Assembly (NCBI GenBank): GCA_002269645.1
Contig: NIVC01002371.1
Coordinates: 85,281-149,280 of the forward strand
Direction: 5' to 3'
Source: Macrostomum lignano
Taxonomy: Eukaryota
Length of the DNA: 64,000 nucleotides
Shown: positions 39,514-52,100 of the stretch, piece after piece
Layout of the letters: each line of letters opens with the position of its first letter
Numbering within the stretch: the stretch's first letter is position 1
Translations under genes and position numbers: made by a program
The notes under the pieces: generated by a model
Seen by the model: the letters and a program-made list of their open reading frames with translations, nothing else
The model's database searches: none
Told to the model about the DNA's origin: nothing

Positions 39514-42500
39514 ATGGAGAGCCGATCTCATTACATTGCCACGCAGAGGCGTTTAAAATTTATTGTAAGAGCTTTTAATATTGCTGATCGAGATGATTGC
39601 GTCATGGTCTCAGCCGATGAAGACGAACTGTTTAAGCAGCATTGCCACACTGTAGACAGAATAGTGACAGCTCTGTGTCAGGCTGTAGACAGCAAACTGG
39701 ATTTTGACTGTCCCTGCGGCAGTTTGACGTCCGCATTGCTCAGCATCTGCAGTCACCACATAGGCTTCCGCTGCTGTCAGAATGCTGTGGCAAAGTACGC
39801 GGCCACGAGTGACTTTTTTAGTTCGCTAGCGCAGCTCGACTGTGCCGCTGGAACGACTAAAAATTCGCCAGATTATAAAGACCTGGTAACTGGAACTGTC
39901 TTTCTTGTGTAATATACTCACTCACTCACTCACTCCCTCATGAACTCACTCATGAACTCACTCATAAACTCACTCATAAACTCACTTACTCACTCACTCA
40001 CTCATGAACTCACTCATGAACTCACTCATGAACTCACTCATGAACTCACTCATGAACTCACTCATGAACTCACTCATGAACTCACTCATGAACTCACTTA
40101 CTCACTCACTCACTCATGAACTCACTCATGAACTCACTCATGAACTCACTCATGAACTCACTTATGAACTCACTCATGAACTCACTCATGAACTCACTCA
40201 TGAACTCACTCATGAACTCACTCACTCATGAACTCACTCATGAACTCACTCATGAACTCACTCATGAACTCAATCATGAAATCACACATGAAATCACTCA
40301 TGAACTCACTCATGAACTCACTCATGAACTCACTCATGAAATCACTCATGAACTCACTCATGAACTCACTCATGAACTCACTCATGAACTCACTCATGAA
40401 CTCACTCATGAACTCACTCACTCATGAACTCACTCATGAAATCACTCATGAACTCACTCATGAACTCAATCATGAACTCACTTACTCACTCACTGATGAA
40501 CTCACTCATGAACTCACTTATTAACTCACTCATTAACTCACTCGTGAACTCACTTATGAGCTCACTCATTAACTCACTCATGAACTCACTTATGAGCTCA
40601 CTCATTAACTCACTCATGAACTCACTCATGATCTCACTCATGAACTCACTCATGAACTCACTCATGAACACACTCATGAACTCACTCATGAACTCACTCA
40701 TGAACACACTCATGAACTCACTCATGAACTCACTCATGAACACACTCATGAACTCACTCATGAACTCACTCATGAACTCACTCATGAACACACTCATGAA
40801 CTCACTCATGAACTCACTCATGAACTCACTCATGAACACACTCATGAACTCACTCATGAACTCACTCATGAACTCACTCATGAACACACTCATGAACTCA
40901 CTCATGAACTCACTCATGAACTCACTCATGAACACACTCATGAACTCACTCATGAACTCACTGATGAACTCACTCATGAACTCACTCATGAACTCACTCA
41001 TGAACTCACTCATGAACTCACTCATGAACTCACTCATGAACTCACTCATGAACACACTCATGAACTCACTCATGAACTCACTCATGAAATCACTCATGAA
41101 CTCACTCATGAAATCACTCATGAACTCACTGATGAACTCACTCATGAACTCACTCATGAACTCACTCACTCACTCACTCATGAAATCACTCATGAACTCA
41201 CTCATGAACTCACTCATGAACACATGACCTCACTTATAAATTCGCTCATCAACTTGTGAACTCACTCAATCACTAATTCATAAACTTCAGCTTGTCGATC
41301 AGTGCCATTTCACAAGTAAGATCCGGTGCTTCATCAGTCTGGCTCATTCCGCTGTCTGCCTCTCCACTTCAATCGATTATGAATCGCTGCTGAGTCACCC
41401 GAGTTGGAAGTTTTTGGCGCACTGCCTCGCTAATATTGGCGATGACAGGATTGCAGAGCTGTTCTGGCAGCGAGCCTTGAAGCAAGCTGCGATCGACGGT
41501 CAACCAAAGCTAGTGGAGCGCTACCACAGCAAGCTGGCAGTCGGTCAACGCAGAAACGAGTTCTGTCAAGGCCTGATTGCTGATCTGGCCCTGCATGGCA
41601 ACACTGCGGCGCTGCAGGCTTTGGCTGCAACAATTTCGGACGATTTTAAGAGAGACCTGTGCTGCAGTAAGTCGACAGCCAAGGCTGCCCGTGCGGGCCG
41701 GTTCGAGGCTGCGGTTCAGCTGTTGCTATGCATCGCTAAATCGTCGGGCACTCACTCGTACATCAGTATTCGGCGAGCATCAAATTTAATGAATCCAGTC
41801 AAGAGAAGATTTTTCGAAAAGCTGTTGCTCATTGCTGAACAGAGGGGTCGGACGGAGGAGTTTCTGCGACTGGTGAAACATCTTGATGGGTAGGAGCCGG
41901 CTTGAGTAGTATTTCAACCATATGATTTTAACTGATAAAAACTGACTTGGAAAGCGATGCGCGTTACAGTAGCTACAGACCGGTAAACAAGTATTAATTG
42001 GGTTGTTAGGGTACATATTTAAGATGATAGATGACGTACTGAAATGATTGAAGGGGTCCATAATGATGATAGAACAGGTGGTGAGACGATAGAACAGGTG
42101 GTGAGACGATAGAACAGGTGGTGAGACGATAGAACAGGTGGTGAGACGATAGAGCAGGTGGTGAGACGACAGAATAGGTGGTGAGACGATAGAACAGGTG
42201 GTGAGACGATAGAGCAGGTGGTGAGACGATAGAACAGGTGGTGAGACGATAGAACAGGTGGTGAGACGATAGAGCAGGTGGTGAGACGACAGAACAGGTG
42301 GTGAGACGATAGAGCAGGTGGTGAGACGATAGAACAGGTGGTGAGACGATAGAACAGGTGGTGAGACGATAGAACAGGTGGTGAGACGATAGAACAGGTG
42401 GTGAGACGATAGAGCAGGTGGTGAGACGATAGAACAGGTGGTGAGACGATAGAACAGAAATGGAGACGATAGAACAGGTGGTGAGACGATAGAACAGGTG

Positions 42501-45500
42501 GTGAGACGATAGAACAGGTGGTGAGACGATAGAACAGAAATGGAGACGATAGAACAGGTGGTGAGACGATAGAACAGGTGGTGAGACGATAGAACAGGTG
42601 GTGAGACGATAGAACAGAAATGGAGACGATAGAACAGGTGGTGAGACGATAGAACAGAAATGGAGACGATAGAACAGGTGGTGAGACGATAGAACAGACA
42701 ATAGAAGAGACACTACATATATTACCGCACACCCCTTAGGACTTCTAATGAGCAGATCTGTCTGAAATACCTGGCTGAAGCAGCCTTTTTCTCTGGCCGA
42801 CTCCACCTGCTTCCATCTCTGGTGGCTGACTTGCCCAACCAGGGCGTGAAGATCCGCGTCCTTAGACTTTTATTAAACGAATCCGATGCGGTCACAGAGC
42901 AGCACATCGCGATTGGTCTGAAAATTTTACCTCGAATAGAAAGCCCAGCAAATCGTTGGCGGTTCTGCTTGGAGGCTGCCGAGAGAGTCGCCAGGTTAGG
43001 CCGCAGCAACCTTCTAGAAGAGCTAATCAAACTGCTGCCGCCTCCGCTTCCCGATGATCAGCTTTTGGAGAGAAGAATTACTCCGAAGCAGAAATTGCTA
43101 ATATTGGTAGCAGAAACCGCGGCAACCGGCGGCGACCTTCGGACTGCCGCTTGGGCGGCGGGGACTGCAGATTGTGCAGCAATGGAGGATCAGTGCCTCG
43201 ACAGGGCCAGGCTGGCTGCACAGGCAAGACATCAACTGAGCGTGGCTGTCAGCCTGACTCGACTGATTAAGGACGATGGAGCCAGGTAATAATTTTGATT
43301 CATTGTGGCTAAACTGGGAGGCTGAGGATTTGGGGATTGGGAAGCTGGGGATCGGGAATCTGAGTATTTCCAGCTAAGAATCTGAGAATTACTCGTAAGA
43401 ATCTGGGGATTAAGAATCTTGGGATTAAGAATCTAGGGATTAAGAATCTTGGGATTAAGAATCTTGGGATTAAGAATCTAGGGATTAAGAATCTTGGGAT
43501 TAAGAATCTGGGGAAATAAGAATCATGGGATTAAGAATCTGAGGATTAAGAATCTGGGGATTAAGAATCTTCAGGGATTAAGAATCTAGGGATTAAGAAT
43601 CTGGGGATTAAGAATCTTGGGATTAAGAATCTAGGGATTAAGAATCTTGGGATTAAGAATCTGGGGAAATAAGAATCTTGGGATTAAGAATCTGAGGATT
43701 AAGAATCTGGGGATTAAGAATCTGGGGATTAAGAATCTGAGGATTAAGAATCTGAGGATTAAGAATCTGAGGATTAAGAATCTGGGGATCGGAAATCTAG
43801 GGATTAAGAATCTGAGGATTAAGAATCTGGGGATTAAGAATCTTGGGATTAAGAATCTGGGGATTAAGAATCTTGGGATTAAGAATCTTGGGATTAAGAA
43901 TCTGAGGATTAAGAATCTGGGGATTAAGAATCTAGGGATTAAGAATCTGGGGAAATAAGAATCTTGGGATTAAGAATCTGAGGATTAAGAATCTAGGGAT
44001 TAAGAATCTGGGGAAATAAGAATCTTGGGATTAAGAATCTGAGGATTAAGAATCTGGGGATTAAGAATCTGGGGATTAAGAATCTGGGGAAATAAGAATC
44101 TTGGGATTAAGAATCTGGGGATTAAGAATCTGGGGATTAAGAATCTGAGGATTAAGAATCTGGGGATTAAGAATCTAGGGATTAAGAATCTGGGGATTAA
44201 GAATCTGGGGATTAAGAATCTGAGGATTAAGAATCTGAGGATTAAGAATCTGAGGATTAAGAATCTGGGGATTAAGAATCTGGGGATTAAGAATCTGAGG
44301 ATTAAGAATCTGAGGATTAAGAATCTGAGGATTAAGAATCTGAGGATTAAGAATCTGGGGATTAAGAATCTGAGGATTAAGAATCTGGGGATCGGAAATC
44401 TAGGGATTAAGAATCTGAGGATTAAGAATCTGGGGATTAAGAATCTGGGGATTAAGAATCTGGGGATTAAGAATCTGGGGATTAAGAATCTGAGGATTAA
44501 GAATCTGAGGATTAAGAATCTGGGGATCAGGAATCTGGGGATCGAAAATCCATATGAGAAATCCGGGACCGGGAGCTTCGATCATGGGCTGAAAAATCAG
44601 GCGACTGCAATGGGATCTGAGTTGAGCAGGTCGCCAATTCAGATAAGTGTACCCCTCGCTCAAATTTTACAGCGAGTCCGCAAGAGTAAACGCCTACAAA
44701 AACTGTCTAAAAAAATCTCAATCATCGCTAATCAGAAATGGAACAACAAACCATGGCATCTATCTGGCCGACAATTCGACGAAGAATTTGTACCTGCTGA
44801 AATTTTTAGCTGAAACTGTCGCCATAGGAGAGGACTACTATGTAAAAGTAAGCAGCTACAGTATTAGATTTCGATCTATTCGGAAAGGAAAACAAAAACT
44901 TACAGGTTAAAAAGTATAGGTTTGAATGGGATGGGGTATACTAGCTTGCAATAAGTAACGGTCTATTTTTCTGTCTGTTCTCTGCCAAAGCAAGTAGTGA
45001 TGCGCTCTTGCTTATTCTTATTGAGTAATAATCGTACTTATTCAATCGGTTCAGTTAAGTGTTCAACTATTCACCGTTTTTGTGGGATTGGGCGGGTGCA
45101 ATCTTATCGATTAACTTTGCGGTCGATTTTTACAGCCACCACCACTCTTTTTCAAGCTTCTGCTTGAACACGAGCGTTTTCATTAGCCAATAGCAGCTCT
45201 AGTCATGTGTTGGGGTGGGTGCAATCTTATCGATTGACTATAGCCAACTGACTATTCAACCACCCAACCCTTTCCTGTGGGGTGGGTGCAATCTTATCTC
45301 TGGTTGAGTCAGCTTTACAGCCAGCCACACCCAGTCTATGATTAGCCTATTTACATGTTTTTACCATTGGAAATAGCATTGGAATACCTTACGAAATTTA
45401 GGATGGGTTGCAATTTTATCGAGAAATTGATTAATTAATTAGTCTAAGTCATTTCTACAGCCACAAGCCTTTCTTTTTCTATTAGCAGCCCCAGCCCAAC

Positions 45501-48500
45501 TTTGATTTTACACTTTAATAATGTAAACTGGTCGACTTCCCAGGAGCTGGTCGATCTTAACCAGAACCTTAAACAGATTTCTTCGAAAAAAACTCTTGGA
45601 AAAACATTTGCGTGCAAGAAATACTTAGAAGATCTTTTATAAATTGCGAATTGTTAATTTGCAAATATTAAAATAACATTCGATAACTTCATGCACTAAC
45701 TACACTCAAGAACGAATGGCTATTGGTTATTTATTTATTCATGCTAAAATATTCAGAAAATCCTGCTCAACGCTAATCAGCACCAGCTTCATCAGCTGCT
45801 GTGCTCCAGCCTCTCTCACGGTCACTCCGCCCTGGCTACCGCCATATTGCCAAGTATTCAAGATGTCAACAAAAGGCTGGATGACCAACTCTGCAGCACT
45901 ACTCTGATGCTTGTCGCCGAGCTGGGCCACTGCCACGTCATTGCCAAACTATTGGAGCGAGGAGCTGACAGAGCGGTGCGAGACACTCAGGGCTGCACAG
46001 CGCTGGACAGAGCTCGGCTGTGCGGGCGGAACCAAGCAACTTGGGTGCTGGCAGAGGAGGGTAACGTTGAATTGACATCCCCTGCTTCAACTGGGTGAGT
46101 ATAGTGTGTCAGTGTGTCAGTTTGAGCAGTTGGTCTTTTGACTCACTGAGGCAAATTAAGTCATCAAATCATCAAATCAAATAAAATTAAATGCAAGAGT
46201 TGACTCAAAAGTTGTCAGTCAAGCTGTGCTTTTACCATTCTTGCCTTGCAGCATTCACTTTTAAAAATTCATTTCAGAACCTTTGAACAGGCAGTGCCTG
46301 AAAAGAGTCAAATGTGAGTACAATTACATCCTTTCCGCAATTAAGATTTGAATTGAACGCGAAGCTTCATAAATTAATCATTCGGCTTACCAATAGTTTC
46401 TATACATGGGGTAAAAGGTACACACTACTTAGTAGAAAGTACAGTGCATGTATAGGCAATAGATGCGCAGCTTAAAAAGCGATACTAAAGTTCGTCTCAA
46501 CCTACCTGCAGTGACATTGACCTACACGATTCTCAGCTCAGCGAGAAGCTGCACTGGGCCCTCACGAGCTCCGGCTTCACCCAGAGCAGAGCGGCTTGTC
46601 AGCAGAGGCTGGCAGACTTACTGGAGCGGACAGCCGCTTGTCTGAGCCTCTCCAAACCCCGTCTGATCGGCAGCTTTGCTGACGGCTGGGGCTGCAGTCT
46701 GACACGGCTGAATGCGAGGCTTTCTGATGGGTCCGGGATCGACTGGCTGACACCCGTTACGGCTGCTGCTGGCTGCCCAGGTGCGACCAAGCTGCGACTG
46801 GACTTCACCGGAGACCCTCCCGATAAAGAGGAGGGCGCCCAGCTGCTCACTGTAGAAGATGACGCATCGGGATGTGAGTCAAAGGAGTCCGCAATCAGCC
46901 GTAAATCATATCACCAATACGACTTAGTCGGTACCCAAAACTGTCAAACCATTTGTTGTCTTGCAGTTGGCCAGCAGCCTCGAGTGGCCTCAGCTCCGTG
47001 CGGTGTCAAGCCAGCTACCAGCACTACCTTGGCATTTCGGAGTCCTCAATCAGCGAGCATTCTGCTCTTGCCTCTGGTTTCCATTCGTGATGCAGCCCTA
47101 ATCCACCTGCAGCAAACATTCGCTATCGAAGAAAAGCAGCGGATGCGACAGCTGAACACAGTCCAGGGCCAGCTGTTCATTCTGCTCAAGTTCCTACTCA
47201 AAAACTACCTGGCCGAGGTGTCGCAGTGTCCGGGACTAACGAGTCATCACGTCAAGCACCTGCTGTTCTACCTGATTGAGACTCACGGCTCGTGGAACTG
47301 GCAAATGTGGCAGCCGCACAAGCTGATAGAACTCGCCAAAGAGGCCCTGGACTTGATGATGAAGTTCCTGGACTCGACCAGCTCAAGTGATGATGGTTGC
47401 ATGCCCAGCTTCTTCAAGCCACATGTTCAGCTGCAGCTACAATGGACTGGAAGACCTGCGGATGAGGTCAAGACTCGAATTCGAGCTGAGCTGCTCAAAG
47501 CTCGGAGTGACCTCGACCCCGCAGTCAAGAAGCTGATGAGCCACCTGAAGCCTCTGGATGATGATGACAAGCTGTATTTCGACTTGTTCACTCTGCTACC
47601 TTTGACTCTGCCTCCCGATGTGCCTCATGACCGGAAATCGCAAGCTCCAGACGCTAATGAGCTCGCTGGACTTTACTGCTCAGTGGCGGCGGCTTTGCGA
47701 GCTCTGCAAGCTGCAGACGAAGTGGATGGCGAAGGAGCTCTGATGCGGCAGCTTGAAAGTTGGTACGAGTGCAGCTGGTGTCACTGCGCGGTCAGGTGTT
47801 TAGCTGTGATGGCGCAGCTGAAGTACAGGAACAAAACTGCGGCGAAGGAGACGCTGAGCGAATTGGTAAGAGACCAGGTGAGAAAACGGCCTCATTTTTG
47901 GTGGCGAATTTCAGCTTCGATTGATGAACTTCGATTGATGAACTAAACTAAACAGATTCTAGTGACTCCATTTCTGAACATCTAAAACCCTCCCTTTATC
48001 AGGTGATGAGCAGCGGCTGGACGGTCGAAGACCTCAGCAAAGAGGCCATATCGGAGACTCAAAGCTGGCGATGGCCGTTGAGCACCGATTGGGCCTGGAG
48101 GTTCTGCCTGCCCTGCGACCGGCGGCCCAGCCTGCCGTTTCTACCCAGGTTCACCGAGTCGCTGCTCACTGCTCGACTCTGCAGCCGCTCACCGATGCAG
48201 CGCCACCTGTACTTGAACTTCCGCTGTCTGAGCTGGAGTCTGCAAGCTGAGCTGCTGGGCGGTCGGCGCGCGGCATGCATTCGAGCCGACGACGGAGCTG
48301 CGGGCTCGGGATTCGCCAAGAGGCTGGCGCAGCAGTGGTTCCGGGAGCTGCAGGCTGAGTCTGCGGGATCGCAGCTGGACACGGAGGAGCTGGCGACGCT
48401 GGCCCACTACACTGACAGCCCGGTGCAGCTCCGCTTCTGCCTAGAGCGAATGGAGGCGGTTGTTGCTAGGGGGCCACGAGTTGCCATGGACAGCTGCGAC

Positions 48501-48560
48501 AACGAGAGGCTGGAGCGAGTCAGCAGGAAGTTGGGCCGCTTTGGTTGTTTTATTGGTTAA
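39514..48560 (+). CDS. Alpha-solenoid + ankyrin + Mab-21/cGAS-like (cGLR) protein, copy 1; 8 exons, 1286 aa
   Basis: Exons 39514-39885, 41291-41889, 42740-43285, 44673-44847, 45757-46094, 46512-46873, 46967-47877 and 48003-48560; all GT-AG, phases consistent, total 3861 nt. Ankyrin: TTLMLVAELGHCHVIAKLLERGADRAVRDTQGCTAL. NTase-like: IGSFADGWG...SGIDW. Mab-21 C-lobe: FAIEEK...QGQLFILLKFL...LTSHHVKHLLFYLIE...W...MPSFF. Confidence 0.82.
39915..41225. repeat. 12-bp satellite (ATGAACTCACTC)n in intron 1 of Mab-21 gene 1
   Basis: Direct reading. Confidence 0.97.
42066..42700. repeat. 20-bp satellite (GATAGAACAGGTGGTGAGAC)n in intron 2 of Mab-21 gene 1
   Basis: Direct reading. Confidence 0.97.
43320..44545. 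repeat. 15-bp satellite (GGGATTAAGAATCTG)n in intron 3 of Mab-21 gene 1
   Basis: Direct reading. Confidence 0.97.
45060..45470. repeat. Degenerate repeat with four copies of GGGTGCAATCTTATC in intron 4 of Mab-21 gene 1
   Basis: Motif near 45095, 45217, 45284 and 45406, usually followed by a TACAGCCA-like block. Confidence 0.6.
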
Positions 48561-49134
48561 ACTCGACCAAAGCGATTTAGAAAGGATGCTGTCTTTCGGT
48601 GGTGTTTTGGTGGTGCTTTTAGCAGAAAGACGTTTGTTCGGCTGCAACATTGGACACAAAAATAATTATATTATAATCTATGAAATTATTTCGATATCTG
48701 AAATATAGTGTCAAAAATATAATATTGCAGTTACGCATGGTTTATGCTAGATAGAGGTTTGACTTCGCGCTTCGGAAGAACCAAAGAATCCCTTCTGGAA
48801 AAAGCATATAGCTACTTTTAGTAGGCATAGATATGTTACTGCTCAAGCATTATAGAATTGACATTGTTCCTACCTGAAGCAGATGTGCATTCCCGTTCAC
48901 TGGCAGTAAGTACTCAGACACTGCAATGAACATGCAAAGTACATTCAAGCCGGAGAGAATGGACTCAGAGAGATGAGTTGGGCAGAAGTTGGCAAGGTGA
49001 GAAGAATGAGCCGAAAATAGCACACGCCAGAGGGCTATAACCGAATCAAACCGAAAGTCAGACCTGCCAGTTCTGTGCAAGAAAAATTTTCCCCAAGAAA
49101 TTGCCAGACAAAGTGAATATTTCTTTTGGTTGCC

Positions 49135-52100
49135 ATGCAAGCAAATCGATGCCTAGTAAGGCGCTTGAAGCTGCTCAGAAGAGCTTTGCGAATAGTCGAT
49201 CAAGCTGACTGCAACAACGGAGACCAGCTGGATGACGAGACGATGCTCAAACGGCACTGCGACATCCTTGACAGCTTGGTGGACGCAACCAAAGATATTT
49301 TAAACTACCAGGCTACGATTTCTGAGCACCATTGTCAGTGCGTTTTGATGGCACTGCTGAATATTACCCGTCACAGCGTCGGCAACAGGTGCTGTCAAAA
49401 TGCTGTAGTGAAGTACGCGGCCACATGCGACAGAGAAGAAGCGCAACAGAGAGAGTCTAACAGTGCAACTGCTAATGGCCTGGACTGCTCAACTGCTCTG
49501 CCGCCCATGGTAACTAGCAGAGTGCACAGTCCATTGCTCTAGCCTATTCACCCAATCATGAACTCATTCAGGAACTCACTATCTTTGAGGAATTGAACTC
49601 ACTCGTGAATCCACTCTTAAACTCACTTGTCACCAAATCACTCATTGAACTCAAATATGCCCTTACTAATGAATTCACTGATAAATTCACCAATCAACTC
49701 ACTTATGAGCTCCACTATGAACTCAAATCTAGCAAGAACAGGCCGTTGAAAACGAGGGTTAATTTTGAAAGAAAAATTAACGAAAAGTAACTTTGGTTGG
49801 TTAATTTACCGGAAATTAACTTGCGAAAAACGAGTTTACGTTAATTAATCACAGACACTTTGTAGGTTAATTTCGATTAACAAACTGGTAAATTAAAGTA
49901 AATTTACGATCCGTAAAGTAAAGTAACGTAAAGTACGTAAAGTAACGTTCATTTTTCTGAACTTACGTTAATCAACCTTCAAGCTATATTAGGTCATTGC
50001 TCCTCATATTACGTTTTCAATGGGAGGCAAGAACCAAAGCTTTTATGGAATCCAAAAAATCGACCCTTCCAGCCCGATGCGATTCGACGGGAGCTGCCGG
50101 ACAGACGTGAAGAGTGCTACATCAGGCTGGCAGACGCCGCTGGCTCATTCGCCGTCTCAGTTCAAGACTCCTCCGCCGCGGAATCCAGTTGGAAAGTCCA
50201 AGGCCACTGCCTTAAGAAGCTGGCCAAATCGAATTACCGACTGCAAGCTGCTTGCCGTCGCAGGGCCATTGAACAAGCTGCTCGGGATGGTCGCGTTGAG
50301 GTTCTCGATCGGTACATGCGAAAGGTTCCTGCGATGGATCGAAGCTTTTTGTGCACATGCTTGATTGAGGAGCTGGCACTGAGCGGCAAAGTGGACGCTC
50401 TGAGAACCCTGGCCATGGCAATGCGTGAAACGGACAGCAGAAACTGGTGCTGCTTTCGGATGGCAGCCAATGCCGCTCTTGCTGGACGGCTCGAAGCTTC
50501 CGTTCTGCTGCTTCAGAGCATCACCTTTGGCGAAAAGTTGAGGAAAAAGTGCTGCAAGAGGCTGGTGCTCATTGCAGAGGAGCAGCATCAGTTGGAAGAG
50601 CTTTTTCGGCTGCTTAAAAACACAAGCGTGTAAGCAATGTTAAAATTCTGGATAACGATTTTGGCTGTGCCGGGACTATTTAGAAAGGCACTACCGACAT
50701 TGGAGCAGTTTAAAAAAAAACTGTAGACATTGGAAATATTTCAAAACACTACGGATACTGGGGTCATTTTAGAAAGGCACTGCAGACATTGAGACCCTTT
50801 AGAGAGACACTGCAGACACTGGGACCCTTTAGGAAGACACTGCAGACATCGAGACCCTTTAGAGAGACACTGCAGACACTGGGACCCTTTAGGAAGACAC
50901 TGCAGACATCGAGACCCTTTAGAGAGACACTGCAGACACTGGGACCCTTTAGGAAGACACTGCAGACATCGAGACCCTTTAAAGAGACACTGCAGACACT
51001 GGGACCCTTTAGGAAGACACTGCAGACATTGACACCCTTTAGGAAGACACTACAGACATTGAGACCTTTCATAAAGGCACTACAGACATTGGGACCCTTT
51101 ATGAAGACACTGCAGACACGTGACTATTTGGAAAGCCACAAGAAATCATTGGACCACTTTGGGAAGACACCGAGGCCAAAGAATAGACTGTACTCTGCAG
51201 ATCAACTTCGCGGGCAACCCCTGGTGCTTGCAGGGTGCTCGAGCGGATCAACTGCCTGTGGATGCTGGCGGAGGCAGCCGCCAAGAACGGCTTCCTGGCG
51301 CATCTCCCGGACGTCGCAGCGGCGGTAGCCAGCCTGACATTCAAGAGCGGCATTGTGGTCCTACTCATTCAGAAATCTGCCGCGCCAACTGAGCAGCGCC
51401 TGAGAACCGCGATGAAGATTCTGCCGCAGATTAAGGATGCCGCTGAGCGGAGCCATCTCTTCCAGATTTTGGTCAGGTGCGCTGCTCGTTTTGGAAGTTG
51501 CGTCCTCATAGAAGAAACGCTGAGCCTGCTGCCAAGCGAGTCCGAGGACGGGGACTCGACAGCTGAGCCGTCGCACCGAGACGAGCTGCTGTCTGCGGCT
51601 GCAGAGGCTGCGGCCGGTGAGGGCAAACTGGAGACAGCGATCTGGGCCGCTGAGGCCATCGACAGCGAATCAGAGGCGCATCTGTGCCTGGCTGCGGCAG
51701 CTGAGGCAGCTCAGATGAGCAACCGGCTTGATGAGGCTGTCAGCCTGGCTCGGCTGATCAAGGATGCCAGCGTCAGGTGGGGTCGGGGTGTCAGATGTAG
51801 TAAATTCTGGACGTGGAAATTGAGAACTGGGGAAGTGGGAGTTGAGGATGTGGGGATAGGGGATGTGGGGGTTGGAGCTGTGGGAGTTAAGGATGTGGGA
51901 GTTCGGGGATGTGGGAGTTTGGGATGTGGGAGTTAAGGATGTGGGAGTTCGGGGATGTAGGAGTTGAGGATGTTGGATTTGGGGATGTGGGAGTTGAGGA
52001 TGTGGGAGTTGGGGATGTGGGAATTGGGGATGTGGGAGTTGGGGATGTGGGAGTTGAGATGTGGGAGTTGGGGATGTGGGAGTTGGGTTGTGGGAGTTGG

